Below, in pieces: positions 43,294-55,911 of a stretch of 64,000 nucleotides of DNA (the stretch's first letter is position 1; every line of letters starts with the position of its first letter). Made by a program: the position numbers and the translations under genes. The notes under the pieces were generated by a model that was given only the letters and a program-made list of their open reading frames with translations, was not told the DNA's origin and did not search any database. The DNA is from Dehalococcoidia bacterium (GTDB lineage Bacteria > Chloroflexota > Dehalococcoidia > UBA2979). Where the stretch lies: contig OZ244720.1 of assembly GCA_965219085.1 (NCBI GenBank), positions 288,001 through 352,000 on the forward strand. Direction: 5' to 3'.

Positions 43294-46200
43294 TCAGTTG
43301 GCTTCCGGAGGCCCCTCGCTCCTGGCGACCAGTGGCGTGATGGAGGGCAGGCCATCGGCGAACAGCTCGACGAAGGGCTGGGTCACGAACGGCCGCGCTC
43401 CGAGGATGTAGGAGACGTAGTCACCCTCGTGCAGCGCGTAGAGGGTCATGACATCCCGGGTCTCCGCGCAGGCCACGAGGTCCTCGACGCTGCCGCCCTC
43501 GTAGACGACAAGGCTGAAGCCCTCGGCGATCTCGCCGCGCAGGCACTCCGGCCCCGGCAGGGAGGCGCCGTCGCCGCGGTTCGGGTCCGTTGAAGGCGGT
43601 CCGTTGCTCTTGACGGCCAGCGGCGTGACCGGGGGAACGCTACCGGGGAACAGCTCGGCGAAGCCCGCGTTCACCCACTCCGGCGCTCCGAGGATGTAGG
43701 AGACGTAGACGCCCTCGTGCAGCGCGTAGAGGGCCGTGACACCCCGGCTCTCCGCGCAGGCCACGAGGTCCTCGACGCTGCCGCCCTCGTAGACGAGGAG
43801 GTTGAAGCCCTCGGCGATGTCGCCACGCAAACAGTGCGTCCAGGGCTCGGGTGTCGATTCCTGTTCGGCCTCGCCGAAGGTCACGCGGTAGGTCTTCTCG
43901 CGGCTGCCGTCAGCGGAGGTCACCGTCACGGTGATCTCGCTCACACCGTCCAGCGAGACCTGGTGCCCGTTCGCATCGTCGCCGTCGGCGTCGGGCAGGT
44001 CGATCACGACGCCGGCGCCGCTCTGCACCGTGGCGGCCACGACCGTCGTTTCCGCCACGCCCTCGGCTACGACGCCCTCGTACTCCTCGCGGCTTGGCGA
44101 GAACTCCCCGATGTCGACGCCGCTCATCGTCAGCGAGGCGAGGCGGGCGTCGATGGCGTCGGGCATGTTGTAGCTATAGACCTTGCCGTCGTTGGCGTCG
44201 GCGACGTACATCACGTCGCGGTCGGACCAGATGCCGCGCGGGCTGTTGTTGCTGGCCTTCGTCAGCTCCCTGGACTGTCCGAACTCCTCGTCGCGGACGC
44301 GCTCGAGCTCCTTGTCACCCTCGTCCTCCTCGTCCGCGTCCGACTCCCCGGACAGCACGGGCAGGCGGTAGGCGAAGAGGCGCCTGGCGACGGCGTCGGA
44401 GACCCAGACCGTGACGCCGTCCGACCAGATGCCGCGCGGGTCGTCGTTGTCGTCGTGCAGGGCGCACTCGGCGAGCAGCTCGCCGCTTTCGAGGTCGTAG
44501 CCGAAGAGCGCGTCGCGGCGGCCGTCCAGCACCCACATGGTCCCGTCGCGAGACCAGATGCCGCGGGCGGCGCGGTTGTGGCGGGCGAGCGCGATCTCGC
44601 GCTCCTCGACCCGCTCGCCGCTCTCGAGACCGTAGGCGAACAGGCGGTTCTGGCCGCTGTCGGAGACCCAGATCGTCTCCTCGTCGGACCAGAGACCGCG
44701 CGGGGCGCGGTTGCGCTCGTCGAGCTCGAACTCGCGCTCCTCGACCCGCTCGCCCGTCTCCAGATCATAGGCGTAGATGGCGTCGTCGGCGCCGTCGCCG
44801 TTCTCGAGGAGCCAGAGGATGGAGCCGTTGGACCACGAGCCCGTGGGCGAGTCATGGCTGGAGTCGAGCGACTCGATGTCGTGCTTCACCGTCCACTCGA
44901 ACTCGACCTCGCTCGGTGAGGGCCCGCCGCCACCGCCGCCGCCACCGCCGCCGAGGCCCGGCGGACCCACGGGACTAACCGGCGGGGCGTCCAGGTCGGT
45001 GACGGTGACCGTGAGAGTGGCGCTGCCGGCATAGTCGCTGCCGCTGGCCCCGTGGGTCAGGGTCGCCGTGTCGTCGGTCGCGTCCGCGTCACCGGCGGCG
45101 GTAACGGTGACCGTCTTGGGCTGATCCCAGTCGAACGTCGTGAAGGTGAGGCTCTCCGGCAGCACCGCCACGTCAAGGTTGTCCGAGTTGATGGTGACCG
45201 TCACGTCGCCGCTGGGCTGCGTGTCCAGCGCGACCGTGTACGTGCCCTTGGCGGGCACGTCGCCCTCCCTGGGATCCTCGAGCCGTGGCGTCACGTCGCC
45301 TCGCGTCACCGCGAGGGGCGCGGGTGCACTGGACACGGTGACTGTGGGCGGCTGCCGCGGCGTGCCAGTCCGGATGGCGGACCAGGGGCCGGCCGCGACG
45401 CCGTTGTCCGCCCTGACCTGCACGTCGTACTGGACCCCGCTGCTCAAGTCGAAGCCGGTCGCCTCGCTGAGCGCATATCGCAGGCGGCCGGAGCTCCAGA
45501 TGTCCTCCCGCACCGTCCAGTTGCCGTCTGCCCTGTCAGTGGCATCGCTGCGGATGTAGCGCAGGTCGTAGGAGGTGATTGCGGACTCGCCGTCCTCGGC
45601 CGGGGCGAGCCAGGTGACTGACAGAGCGTAGGTGCCGGCGGTAATCACGTCGATGGTCGGGGCGTCGGGCGTGGTCCATGGCGTATCTGTGGCGGTGGCG
45701 GACCATGGGCCGTCTCCGGCGCCGTTGACCGAGCGCACCTGCACGTCGTACCCGGCCCCGTTGGTCAGTCCGGCGAGGTCGTACAACAAAGGGCCGGAGT
45801 TCCAGATGTCGTCCCGCACCGTCCAGTTGGCGTCGGCCTTATCCAGCGCGTCGCTGCGGATGTAGCGCACGTCGTGGGACGTGATAGCGGACCCGCCGTC
45901 ATCTGAAGGGGCGGACCAGGACACGGCGGGGGTGCGGTCGCCGGGGGTGATCAGGTCGATGGTCGGGGCATCGGCCACGGTCTGGGGTGTGGCGGAGGCG
46001 GTGGCCGACCAGGAACCGTCCCCGGCGCCGTTGACGGCACGCACCTGCACGTCGTACCCGACCCCGTTGGTCAGGCTGCCGAGGGTGGACCGGAGGACGC
46101 CGGACGTCCAGATGCTGTCCCGCTCCGTCCAGCTGGCGCCGTCGGACTTGTCAGGCGCGTCGCTGCGGATGTAGCGCACGTCGTAGGACGTGATAGTGGA

Positions 46201-49200
46201 CCCACCGGTATCTGAAGGGGCGGACCACGACACGGCCAGGGCGCCGTCGCCGACGGTGATCAGGTTGATGGCTGGGGCAGCGGGCGCCGTCCGGGGAGTG
46301 GCGGAGGCAGTGGCGGACCAGGGGCCGGTCCCGACGTCGGTGACCGCGCGCAGCTGCACGTCGTACCGGACTCCGTTGGTCAGGCCGGACACCGTGGATT
46401 GCCGGGCGCCGGATGTCCATATGCTGCCCCGCACTGTCCAGTTGGCGTCGGATTTGTCCGGTGCGTCGCTGCGTATGTAGCGCGCATCGTAGCCCTGGAT
46501 GGTTCCACCGCCGGTGTCGGTCGGGGCGGACCAGGCGATGGTGAGCGTCTCGTCGCCGGGGGTCACCGAGCCGATGGTGGGGGCTGCGGGTATCGTCTCG
46601 GGCGCGCCGGAGATCGTGAGTGACCACTGGCCGTTACCGGCGATGTTGTCCGCGCGCAGCTGCACGTGATAGTCCACGCCGTTGGTCAGGCCGCCAAAGT
46701 GTACCGCAGCGCGCCGGAGGTCCGGACGCTGTCTCTGACGGTCCAGTTGGCGTCGGACTTGTCGGTCGCGTCGGACCGGATGTAGCGCAGGTCGTAGCCG
46801 GTGACCTCGCTGCCCCCGGTGTCCGCCGGGGCGGACCAGGCCACCGCGAGCGTCCCGTCGTCGGGTGTCACCGAGTCGATGGTGGGAGCGCCGGGCGTTG
46901 TCAGTGGTGTTCCGGCGCCGGCGCCGGACCAGGAGCCTGCCCCCACCGCATTCACCGCCCGCACCTGCACGTCATAGTCCACGCCGTTGGTCAGGCCGGA
47001 CACGGTGTATTGCAGCGCGCCGGAACTCCAGATACCGGGCTGCTCCGTCCAGTTGACGTCCGCCTTGTTGGGGGCGTCGCTGCGGATGTAGCGCAGGTCG
47101 TAGCCGGTGATGTCGCGGCCACCGTCACTGGCCGGGGCGAACCAGGCCACCGCGAGCGTCTCATCGCCGGGGGTCACCGAGTCGATGGTGGGGGCCGAGG
47201 GTATCGTTTCGGGCGTGCCGGAGACGGCGCCGGACCACTGGCCGTTACCCGCGGCATTCACCGCCCGCACCTGCACGTCGTACTCGACGCCGTTGGTCAG
47301 GCCGGACAGAGGGTATCGCAGCGCACCGGAGCTCCAGATGCCGTCCCGCTCCGTCCAGTTGGCGTCGGACTTGTCCGCCGCGTCGCTGCGTATGTAGCGC
47401 AGGTCGTAGCCGGTGACGTCGCTGCCGCCGTCCTCAGCCGGCGCCGACCAGGCCACCGTGAGCGTTCGATCACCCGAAGTCACCGAAGTGGTGCCGGGTG
47501 CGTCGGGGGTCGTCCGGGGCGTCTCGTACAGCCAGCAACAGGCGCCGGGCTTCCAACGACCCCAGTCGCTCGGCAGTTCTCCGGACGTGTCCCCGTACCT
47601 GTTCTTGCCCCGCAACTGGATGATGTACGCGACGCCGTTTTGCAGTCCGTCGATGGTGTGTGTCAGGGGCTGGTCCCCGTGATGTTGCGGATGTAGTCCC
47701 ACTCGGTGCTGTCCGGAGCCACGCTGAACGGGATGTAGTCGATGTAGCGCAGTTCGTAGCCGGTGATCTCGTCGTCGCCGCCGTCGGTCCAGGAGACCGT
47801 GAGGGCGCCGTCGCCGGGAGTCACCGAGTCGACCGTGAGATCGACGGGCCTCGCCCGGGGGATCAGGGTCAGGCTGGACCAGGGGCCCGCGCCAATCCGG
47901 TTGCGCGCGCGCACCCGTATCTCGTACTCGACATGGGGGGTCAGGTTCCCGACCCACGTGACGTTTGTCGCCGACAGCCCCTCAACGATGTCCCGGGCGC
48001 CCTCCGAACGCCTGGCGACGTTCGTGGGATCGCTCGTGCGATGGTGGTGTACGTCGTACGAGGTGACGGTGTGTCCGCCGTTGTCCGAGGGGCCTGTCCA
48101 CGAGATGAAGATGCTGCTCTCGGCGGTCAATATTCGTTTCAACTCTCCGAGAGCGGCCGGTACCCTGCCGGGGGAATGTACCGGCAGCGCGTCCGGCGGC
48201 GGCGGGCTCGTTCGCTCTGCGGCACTGACCGAATAGGCGTCTATCGAGTACCAGACGCCGTTCTCCAGTCCGGTGATGGCGTATTGCAGGGTTCCGGACG
48301 GGATGAGGTCGCTCGTCGGGCGCCCCGCCATCATCAGCGGGGGGGAACCAGGGAATCCAGAGTTGGCCGGGTGTCTCGTCCGAGAAGAACCCAATGGTGG
48401 GAGCGCCCGGCGGGGACGGGTCCACATTGACGACTGTTACGGACCAGTCCCCCGCGCCGGCGGAGTTGACCGCCCTCAGCTGGAAGTCGTACTGGACATC
48501 GGCGGTCAGTCCCCTGACCGTGTACGTCAGTGCGCCGGAGCTCCAGGCGCTCTCCAGGACGGTCCAGTTGTTGTCGTCGGCCTTGTCGGCCGCGTCGCTG
48601 AGGATGTAGCGCAGGTCGTAGCTACTGATGTCGGCGCCCCCGTCGTTCGCCGGGGCGGACCACTCAATGTCCACCATCGTTCCGTTCGAGATCGCCCGGT
48701 CGACGGTGGGCGCGCCGGGTAGCTCCGGGGGGACTCCGGCAACACCGGTGCGTGGATCGCTCCAGTCGGACCATCCGCTCGAGCCCTTTGAATTGACCGC
48801 CTGCAGGCCCAGCCGGTAGCGGACGCCGTTGTCCAGCCCGCTGAGGGTGTACTCGAGGTCGCCGGAGGTCCAGATGCCGCTCTCGTGGTTCCACACAAAG
48901 AGGAAATTGCCCGCCACCAGGTCCTCGCGGACGTACCGGAGGTTGTAGCGGGTGACTGCGGCGCCCCCATCACTGGCGGGGGGCGACCATGTGATGGTGA
49001 GCGATTCGTCGCTCGAAGTCACCGTGTCGATGGAGGGGATGCCAGGAGGGCCTGTGGGGGTTCTGGTAACACGTGCGAACCAGGCGCCGGCACCCGCAGC
49101 GTTGATCGCCCGCACCTGTACGTGATACGCGACGCCGTTGGTCAGGCCCTGGATCCTGTAGCTGCCGGCAACCTGGCTGAAATCTTCCCGGAACGTCCAG

Positions 49201-49754
49201 TTGAAATAGACCGAATCTTCCGCGTCGCTCCTGATGTAACGCAGGTCGTACGAGGTGATCTCGGACCCGCCGTCGCTGACCGGGCTCGACCATGTAATGG
49301 TAATCTGACCGCTCCTGGGCACCGCGTACGCTAGGCGGGGAGCCGTGGGAACGGTGGCGGCCTTGCCGGAGACGGTGGTGGACCAGGCGCCGTTGCCGTT
49401 GTCGTTGACCGCCCGCGCCTGCACGTCGTAGGTCGTGCCGTTCGTCAGTCCGGTGATGGTGGCCCGCAGGGCGCCGGAGCTCCAGACGTTGGGCTCGTCG
49501 GTCCAGTTGGCGTCGGCCTTGTCCGTCGCGTCGCTGTTGATGTAGCGCAGGTCGTACGACGTGATCACCGAGCCGCCGTCACTCGCGGGAGCGGTCCAGA
49601 CAACGGTAATCGCCTGATCTCTGGGGGTCAGCGACTCGATGGCCGGAGCCGGGGGCGCCGTCGCGGTCTGCGCCCGCACGCTCCCTCCCGCGAGCAGGGT
49701 GCATACGAGGACGCACACCGCCGCCGGGATCAGCCATTTGGGCGCCAGGAGCAT
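43294..49754 (-). pseudogene. Giant FN3-repeat secreted protein D with the conserved C-terminal module, split by three frameshifts
   Basis: ORFs 47982..49754 (signal peptide), 47663..48427, 46686..47957 and 43294..46677 form a continuous FN3 chain; breaks near 48320, 47668 and 46690. Confidence 0.85.
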
Positions 49755-49943
49755 CTCTACCGCTCAATCGCCCGTCTCGTCGTGGCCGCTGCGCCAGCCC
49801 GAGCCGAAGGTCATCCCGTCCGGGCGGACCACCCAGACGCGCACGTCCTCCGCGGTGATCCGGTTGCCCTTTGCGGTAACCGCACGGGCAGCGACATCCA
49901 GCCGGTGCAAGACGATCGAGTCCGTGTTCCATCAGATCTTGGC

Positions 49944-50061
49944 GATCTCTCGACATCCTCGTAAGTGCCGAGCGGCACAATCGGGAGGCCAGTTTGTTTG
50001 CTCCGAGGGAGAGCGATTCCGCAACTGGGACAGGTACTGCTGCTCTGGCGGTCGCTTCGCG
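49944..50061 (-). promoter_or_regulatory. Conserved leader element, copy 4
   Basis: CTCTCGACATCCTCGTAAGTGCCGAGCGGCACAATCGGGAG...GGTCGCTTCGCG. Confidence 0.6.
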
Positions 50062-50248
50062 TGCCAGGGCTGCCGAGCCGCAATGGCATCACCGTCGGCC
50101 GGGACGCCGTCCGGGGAAGCCATCCCCGGTGCCACCCCGACGCGCCGCCCGGGCTGGGCGGCTTAAGCGACAACAGGCCACACAGATGGACGGACCGGGA
50201 CGGGAGGCCATCGCAGCAGGCGCGATGGCCTCCCCCCTGGCTCCTGGC

Positions 50249-50545
50249 CTAGCGCCCCGCGCCGGCCGGCTCCGCCTCCCGCGCCCGTTCGAGCGCCCAC
50301 TCGAAGAGCGAGAGCGTCCGAGCTTCGTCCCGGCCGCGGCGCTCAGGCTTCGCCGGTTCCTCGGCCATGAACTCCGCCGAGGAGGACAGCGAGCGTTGTC
50401 GCTCCGGGGTTCCGTTGTCTTCGGCGTTGCCAACCGCAAGGGCGGTGCGGCCGTTGCCGTCGGCGTGAACCTCGACCGCGACCGGCTCCGGTGCAGCCCA
50501 CTCGGCATCGACCAGCAGCGCCTCGGCCTCCGCCGCGACCTGCTG
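50249..50545 (-). pseudogene. Helicase C-terminal stub (copy 5), fused in frame to the gene E remnant
   Basis: QQVAAEAEALLVDAEWAAPEP...LSLFEWALE, then stop. Confidence 0.7.
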
Positions 50546-52511
50546 ATACGCGAACGCGCCTGCCGGGGCCGTGAACTTGTTCAGACCGACCTGGAAGGAA
50601 GACGGGGTCTCGAAGTCGAACAGCTTTGCGGTGCGCGACCCATGGGAGATGTTGCCACGAGGGCCTCCGTTCCACAGGGAGACGTTCAGGCTCGACGGAA
50701 CCGCGGCCAGGTCGATTTCGACGCTCGAGATCTCATAGCCCTGGCCGTGCGTGCCCAGCCTGAAGCCCATGGCATACGTCCCGCTGATGTTCGCCACGGT
50801 CGACGGCGTCTGGCCCGTGTTGCCGACCAGCTTCCTCGGCGCTGCCGACAGTTCCCGTCTGGGGACCGGGCCGTAGGGCAGGCTGGTCAGCGCCTCGGGG
50901 AAGCCCGCTCGGTCGACGTACGAGACTCGCACCTGGATCAGCTTGCCGATATCGGCGTCGACGAGCTGGTACCGCTGTGAGTCGGTACCCACTTCGGTCT
51001 CGGTCTCGCCGTCAACCCGGATCCACCGGTAGGAGAAGACGTAGCCGTCGATCCCAGAATCCGGCTGTCCGGTGTATGGCAGCCCGTCAGCGTCGGCGAT
51101 GCGCAACGTGTCGGCCGCCAGGATGCTGCCGCCTTCGGCGGACACCAGGACGACCGGCAAGCCGCTGGCGTTGCGGAGCGTGGTGTCCGTGTAGACCGCG
51201 ATCTCCAACGAGTTGCCATCGGAATCCTTATCAAAGCTGATAGCATTGCCCCCCAGCGTCGCCAGAAAGAACGCGTCCACGATGATCGCGCCCACAAATG
51301 CGCCCGAGTCCTCGGCATCGGCCGTGGTCTGCTGCAACCGGTGGTAGGTGCCGGCCTGGTGTCTCCAGACCAGCACGTAGATGGTGCTCGCGTCCAGCCT
51401 CGTGCCGGGCGGCGCCTCGAAGAAGCTGTGACCCGGCGCGAACTCGGTCGGACTGACGAGATCGAACAGCTTCGCGGCCGGCACCCCGCCAACCCCAGCG
51501 GCGTGCAGCGAGACCGTCACGGAGGTCGAATCATCAGGTATCTGGGCGACGCTGTTCGTGTCGTCGGAGCCTTCGATGTTGACGCCGATGCCCAGCAGCC
51601 CGTAGCCGCCCGTCTCGGATCCCGTCTGGAAGCCCTGCGTCACCGCATTGCCGCTGGCGCCGCCGACCGAAACGTAACCGTTGTCGGTTCGGCCCAGGTT
51701 CTGCACCAACGCATAGAGCGGCTCGCCGAGCACGGCCAGCAGCGCGGCGCCGTTGGCGGGGACGGCGATATCCCCATGTGATGAGAAGCTCACGCCCGGC
51801 GCCGACGGCCGGTCGGGGCCCGCGCTAACAGCGGGAAATATGCGGTTAACAGGGTGCTGAAAAAGGCGCGGCCATCTGGCAGGATGGTCGAGGCGGCGGG
51901 GGCGTAGCCTGGAGGCTGCCCCATGCGAGGCGACGCCGAGCGTCAGGCCGACATCATGCTCGCGGTCACGCCGGACTCGTTTGTCCCGGCCGAGCACCCG
52001 ATCCGCCGCATCAAGCCGATCGTCGACGCAGCGCTGGCCCGGCTCTCGCCGCTGTTCGACACGATGTACGCCAGGGGCGGCCGGCCCTCGATCCCGCCCG
52101 AGCACCTGCTCAAGGCGAGCCTGCTGATCGCGCTCTACTCGGTGCGCAGCGAGCGCCAGTTCTGCGAGCGGCTGCGCTACGACCTGCTCTTCAAGTGGTT
52201 CCTCGACCTCAACATCTCAGACGATCCCTTCGACGCCTCGACCTTCTCGAAGAACCGCGAGCGGCTGCTGGAGGTGGACGCGGCGCGCGCGTTCTTAGCC
52301 GAGGTGGTGGCCGAGGCGCGCCGCCGCCGGCTGCTCTCGGCCGAGCACTTCACCGTCGACGGGACGCTGCTCGAGGCGTGGGCGTCGCTCAAGAGATAGG
52401 CATGAGGGCCGGTCTCCTCCTCACAGCGGATACTCGTCTCCGCCGGGAGCACGGCCTCGATGGGCCAGGTAGCGGCTCGGCAAGGAGCCTGAGAGAGGTA
52501 GGAGACCGGCC

Positions 52512-53597
52512 ATGGAGCAGGATAGCGCAACGACGTGGAGCATTGAGGGCAAGGATGGGCCCGCCGTTACCGTCGGCCTCGACGTGGGCGACCGCTACAC
52601 ACACATCCACGCGCTCGGCGGCGGCGAGGTGCTGCGCGAGCGGCGCGTCCGCACCGCGGCTGCGGCGCTGGGCGCAGCGCTGACCGGCCTCTCCCCGGCG
52701 CGGGTCGTGCTCGAGGCGGGGCCGCGCTCGCCGTGGCTGAGCCGCGTCGTGGCGGACCTCGGCCATGAGGTGGTCGTCGCCAACCCTCGCCAGGTCGCGC
52801 TGATCGCCGGCAGCCAGCGCAAGACCGACCGGCTCGACGCCGCGTGGCTGGCGCGGCTGGGGCGCTTCGACCCGGAGTTGCTCGCCCCGATCCGCCACAG
52901 GAGCGAGCAGAGTCAGCACGACCTCGCCGTGGTGCGCGCCCGCGACGCGCTGGTGCGATCGAGGACGCTGCTCATCAACCACGTGCGCGGGGCCGTCAAG
53001 GCCTGCGGCGACGCGCTGCCGTCGTGCACGGCCGCGGCCTTTCACCGCAAGACGGCGGACCACATCCCCGACGGGCTGCGCCCGGCGCTGCTGCCGCTGG
53101 TGGAGGCGATTGGCGAGCTGACCGTGCGCACTGCGGCGGCCGGGCGGGAGGTCGAGGCGTTGTGCGAGGCCCACCCCGAGACCGCGGCGCTGCGCCAGGT
53201 CACCGGCGTGGGGCCGATCACCGCGCTCACGTTCGTGCTGACGATCGAGAACCCGGGGCGCTTCCCGCAGAACCGGGAGGTGGGGGCCTACCTCGGGCTC
53301 GTGCCGCGGCAGCGCGACTCAGGGGAGCGCGCGCCGCAGCTCGGCATCGGCAAGAGCGGCGACGCGGGCTTGCGGCGGCTGCTGGTGCAGGCCGCGCACT
53401 ACATCCTCGGTCCCTTCGGACCCGATAGCGACCTGCGTCGCTGGGGTGAGCGCTACGCGGGAACAGGGGCGGGCAACGCGAAGAAGCGCGCGGTCGTGGC
53501 CGTCGCGAGGCGGTTGGCGGTGCTGCTGCTCGCGCTGTGGAAGAGCGGGGAGGTCTACGAGCCGCTGCGTCACGCCGTGGCCCGCGAGGCCGCGTAG
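52512..53597 (+). CDS. IS110-family DEDD recombinase/transposase
   Basis: VGLDVG, VVLEAG, KTDRLDA, VTGVGPITA, YLGLVPRQRDSG. Confidence 0.92.
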   Translation: MEQDSATTWSIEGKDGPAVTVGLDVGDRYTHIHALGGGEVLRERRVRTAAAALGAALTGLSPARVVLEAGPRSPWLSRVVADLGHEVVVANPRQVALIAGSQRKTDRLDAAWLARLGRFDPELLAPIRHRSEQSQHDLAVVRARDALVRSRTLLINHVRGAVKACGDALPSCTAAAFHRKTADHIPDGLRPALLPLVEAIGELTVRTAAAGREVEALCEAHPETAALRQVTGVGPITALTFVLTIENPGRFPQNREVGAYLGLVPRQRDSGERAPQLGIGKSGDAGLRRLLVQAAHYILGPFGPDSDLRRWGERYAGTGAGNAKKRAVVAVARRLAVLLLALWKSGEVYEPLRHAVAREAA

Positions 53598-53895
53598 CCG
53601 GGAGGCGCCGCCTCAGCCGGCGGGGACCGGAGATCAGGAAGGAAGACCCGAGCGCGAACGAAGCCACGCACGTGATGCCGAGCACGGGCGACTGCGAGCA
53701 CCCACTTGTCCCATCGAGGACGCGGCAGAGATAGCAGCGCCCCCTGGAAGCAGGATGTGCCTTCATGCACCGGGCTCGCTGTAGCCCACCGAGAGTGCGG
53801 ATAGAAGCTTGGCACAGGCTCCGCGACCGGACATCACGAGCGGCTTGAATGGAGCGCCATACCCGGAGAAGGCCGCCACGTCGGCCTTGCGGAAA
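53598..53895 (+). ncRNA. Putative bridge/seekRNA of the IS1111-like element
   Basis: ~300-nt non-coding right end, as expected for the IS1111 group; internal ATAGAAGCT (53801-53809) matches the element's right junction (53907-53915). Confidence 0.5.
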
Positions 53896-55911
53896 GACCG
53901 TCCCTCATAGAAGCTACCACCCCCGCGACGACCAGGACCCGCCGTCCGGGGGCGGCCGCAACCGCGAAGTGGACTTCCGCGGGCAGCGCCGGAGCAGCGA
54001 CACGCACGTCAGCAGCACCGACCCCGATGCGCGGCTCTACAAGAAGGGTTCGGGACAGGCGGCGAAGCTGAGCTACCTGGGACACGTGCTCACCGAGAAC
54101 CGCCACGGCCTGGTGGTCGACGTGGAGCTGAGCGAGGCGAACGGCCGCGCCGAGCGTGAGGCGGCGCTGCAGATGGTGGAGCGCAGCACCGCCGGCCGGG
54201 CCACGCTGGGAGCCGACCGCGGCTACGACACGCGCGGCTTCGTGAGGGAGCTGCGCTCGCTGGGGGTGACCCCGCACTTGGCGCGCAACGACCGCCGCTG
54301 GGGACGCAGCGCGGTGGACGGGCGCACGACGCGGCACCCCGGGTACGCCGTGAGCCAGCGGCGCCGCAAGCGTGTGGAGGAGGTCTTCGGCTGGCTGAAG
54401 ACGGTGGGCGGAGGCCGCAAGCTGCGCTACGTGGGGCCGGCGCGCAACCGCCTGTGGCTGGAGTTCGCCGCCGCGGCCTACAACCTCGTGCGCATGGCCA
54501 AGCTCGAACTCGCCCCGGCGTAGGCGCAGTGCGCCCGGCGCGCGTCCGGGAGGGTGCGGATGCGCCGGGGCGGTCCCTCGAACGACCCCCGTGACGGCCA
54601 TCGCGACCGCCCTGGGGCCCCTTGGACTCGCCTCGGACCGGTTCTTCAGCAGATTGGGAAGCCTATGACCATATTGGAGACGGCACGAGGACGGCCGCCG
54701 CCTTACTTATGTTCAAGTTGATCAATACACGGAACACAGCCGGCATCACGGAATGGACGGCTCAGCCAGGCGCAACGGTCGCAGGCGGAAGCGGCCGGGC
54801 GGCCGTGGTACTCGTGCCGCCAAGCACGTGCACGGGTTGGTCACGCCGCCGGACCGCGACGTGGTGTCATCCGAGCGCCAGGAAAAGCCGCGGATCAGGT
54901 AGCGATCCGCCGGTCCGACACCCATCTCGAAGCAGCAGTCGTCGTCAATCGAGATGACTTCCTGATCACCTTCAACGGGTTGGTTGTACGTCGAACCGAG
55001 GATGCCGCTGGCCCGCCTCGAGCCCTCGATGACCAGGCGCAGCACGCTGTCGCGCCCCGCGGAACCAGTCCAGTGTCCAGTCCCATTCAGTGCTCGGAGA
55101 TGCGATTGGTTCCCGAGCTCGGCGCCCGCCTCGCCGCCCTCGTCCTCCGCGTCCGACGTCGTCTCCTTGATCGACAGCGAGGAGCCGAACTCCGTCAGCA
55201 CGATGTGGTAGCGGACACGGTGGTAGGCGAGCACGCCCGGCGGCGCGGTGAACCTGTTCCGGCCGACCCGGAGCGATGGCGGGTTCTCGAAGTCGAACAG
55301 CTTGATTCGCGGGCTCGAACTTCGAGTGGAGTGATCGCCGATCCAGAGCGAGACGGTCAGACTGGATGGGACCGCGGCCAGCTCGATCGAGACACTCGAG
55401 AGTTCGTAGCCCTGGCCGTGGTCGCCCAGCATGAACTCATGCGCGTACTGCTTGTCGATCACCGCCGTGGCCGACCCCGACTGACCCGTATTGCCGACCA
55501 GCGTCGATGGGGACGACAATGCGGTCGCTTCGAGGACCGGACCGAACGGCAGACTCGTCACGGCCTCCGAATAGTTGTCCCGGTCCGTGAATGAGACTGT
55601 TACCTTGATCAACTTGCCGAGATCGGCGTCGACAAGCCGATACCTGGCCGAGCCGTCGCCGATGTTGGTCTCGTTCATGCCGTCGATTCGGATCCACTGG
55701 TAGGAGTAGATGAACTTGATCTCAGCCCCCACTCCAACACCAACGTTCCCCTGAAGATCGGAGAAGGGGAGCCCGTTCCCGTCGGCGATGCGCGAAGTGT
55801 CGGCAAACAGATAGGGAGCGCCTTCCGCCGAAGCCAGAATGATCGGCTTGCCGGTGGCGGACTGGTCGGCGGAGTCTGGGCGTGGGCGACCCCGGGGACG
55901 TTACCCAGTAC

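Larger units (their letters stand above)
52396..53911 (+). mobile_element. IS110-family element, IS1111-like (subterminal IRs, long 3' non-coding end)
   Basis: Subterminal IRs ATGAGGGCCGGTCT (~52402) / AGACCGTCCCTCAT (~53895-53908); inserted at an AG core without a long TSD. Confidence 0.8.
51923..54523 (+). pseudogene. IS5-family transposase split into 51923..~52395 and ~53911..54523
   Basis: GRPSIPPE, FTVDGTLLEAWASLK|SYHPRD, TDPDARLYKK, GADRGYD, RKRVEEVFGWLK; the frame is restored when IS110 is removed. Confidence 0.85.
51850..54656 (+). mobile_element. IS5-family element (DUF772 plus DDE) interrupted by IS110
   Basis: Imperfect ends CAGGGTGCTGAAAAA / TTCTTCAGCAGATTG; no clear TSD. Confidence 0.7.

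Noticed and set aside
51845-52105. N-terminus of the 618-aa ORF 50249..52105 as a real protein start
   Set aside because: It lies antisense within the IS5 element; only ~50545-51845 is exoprotein-derived.
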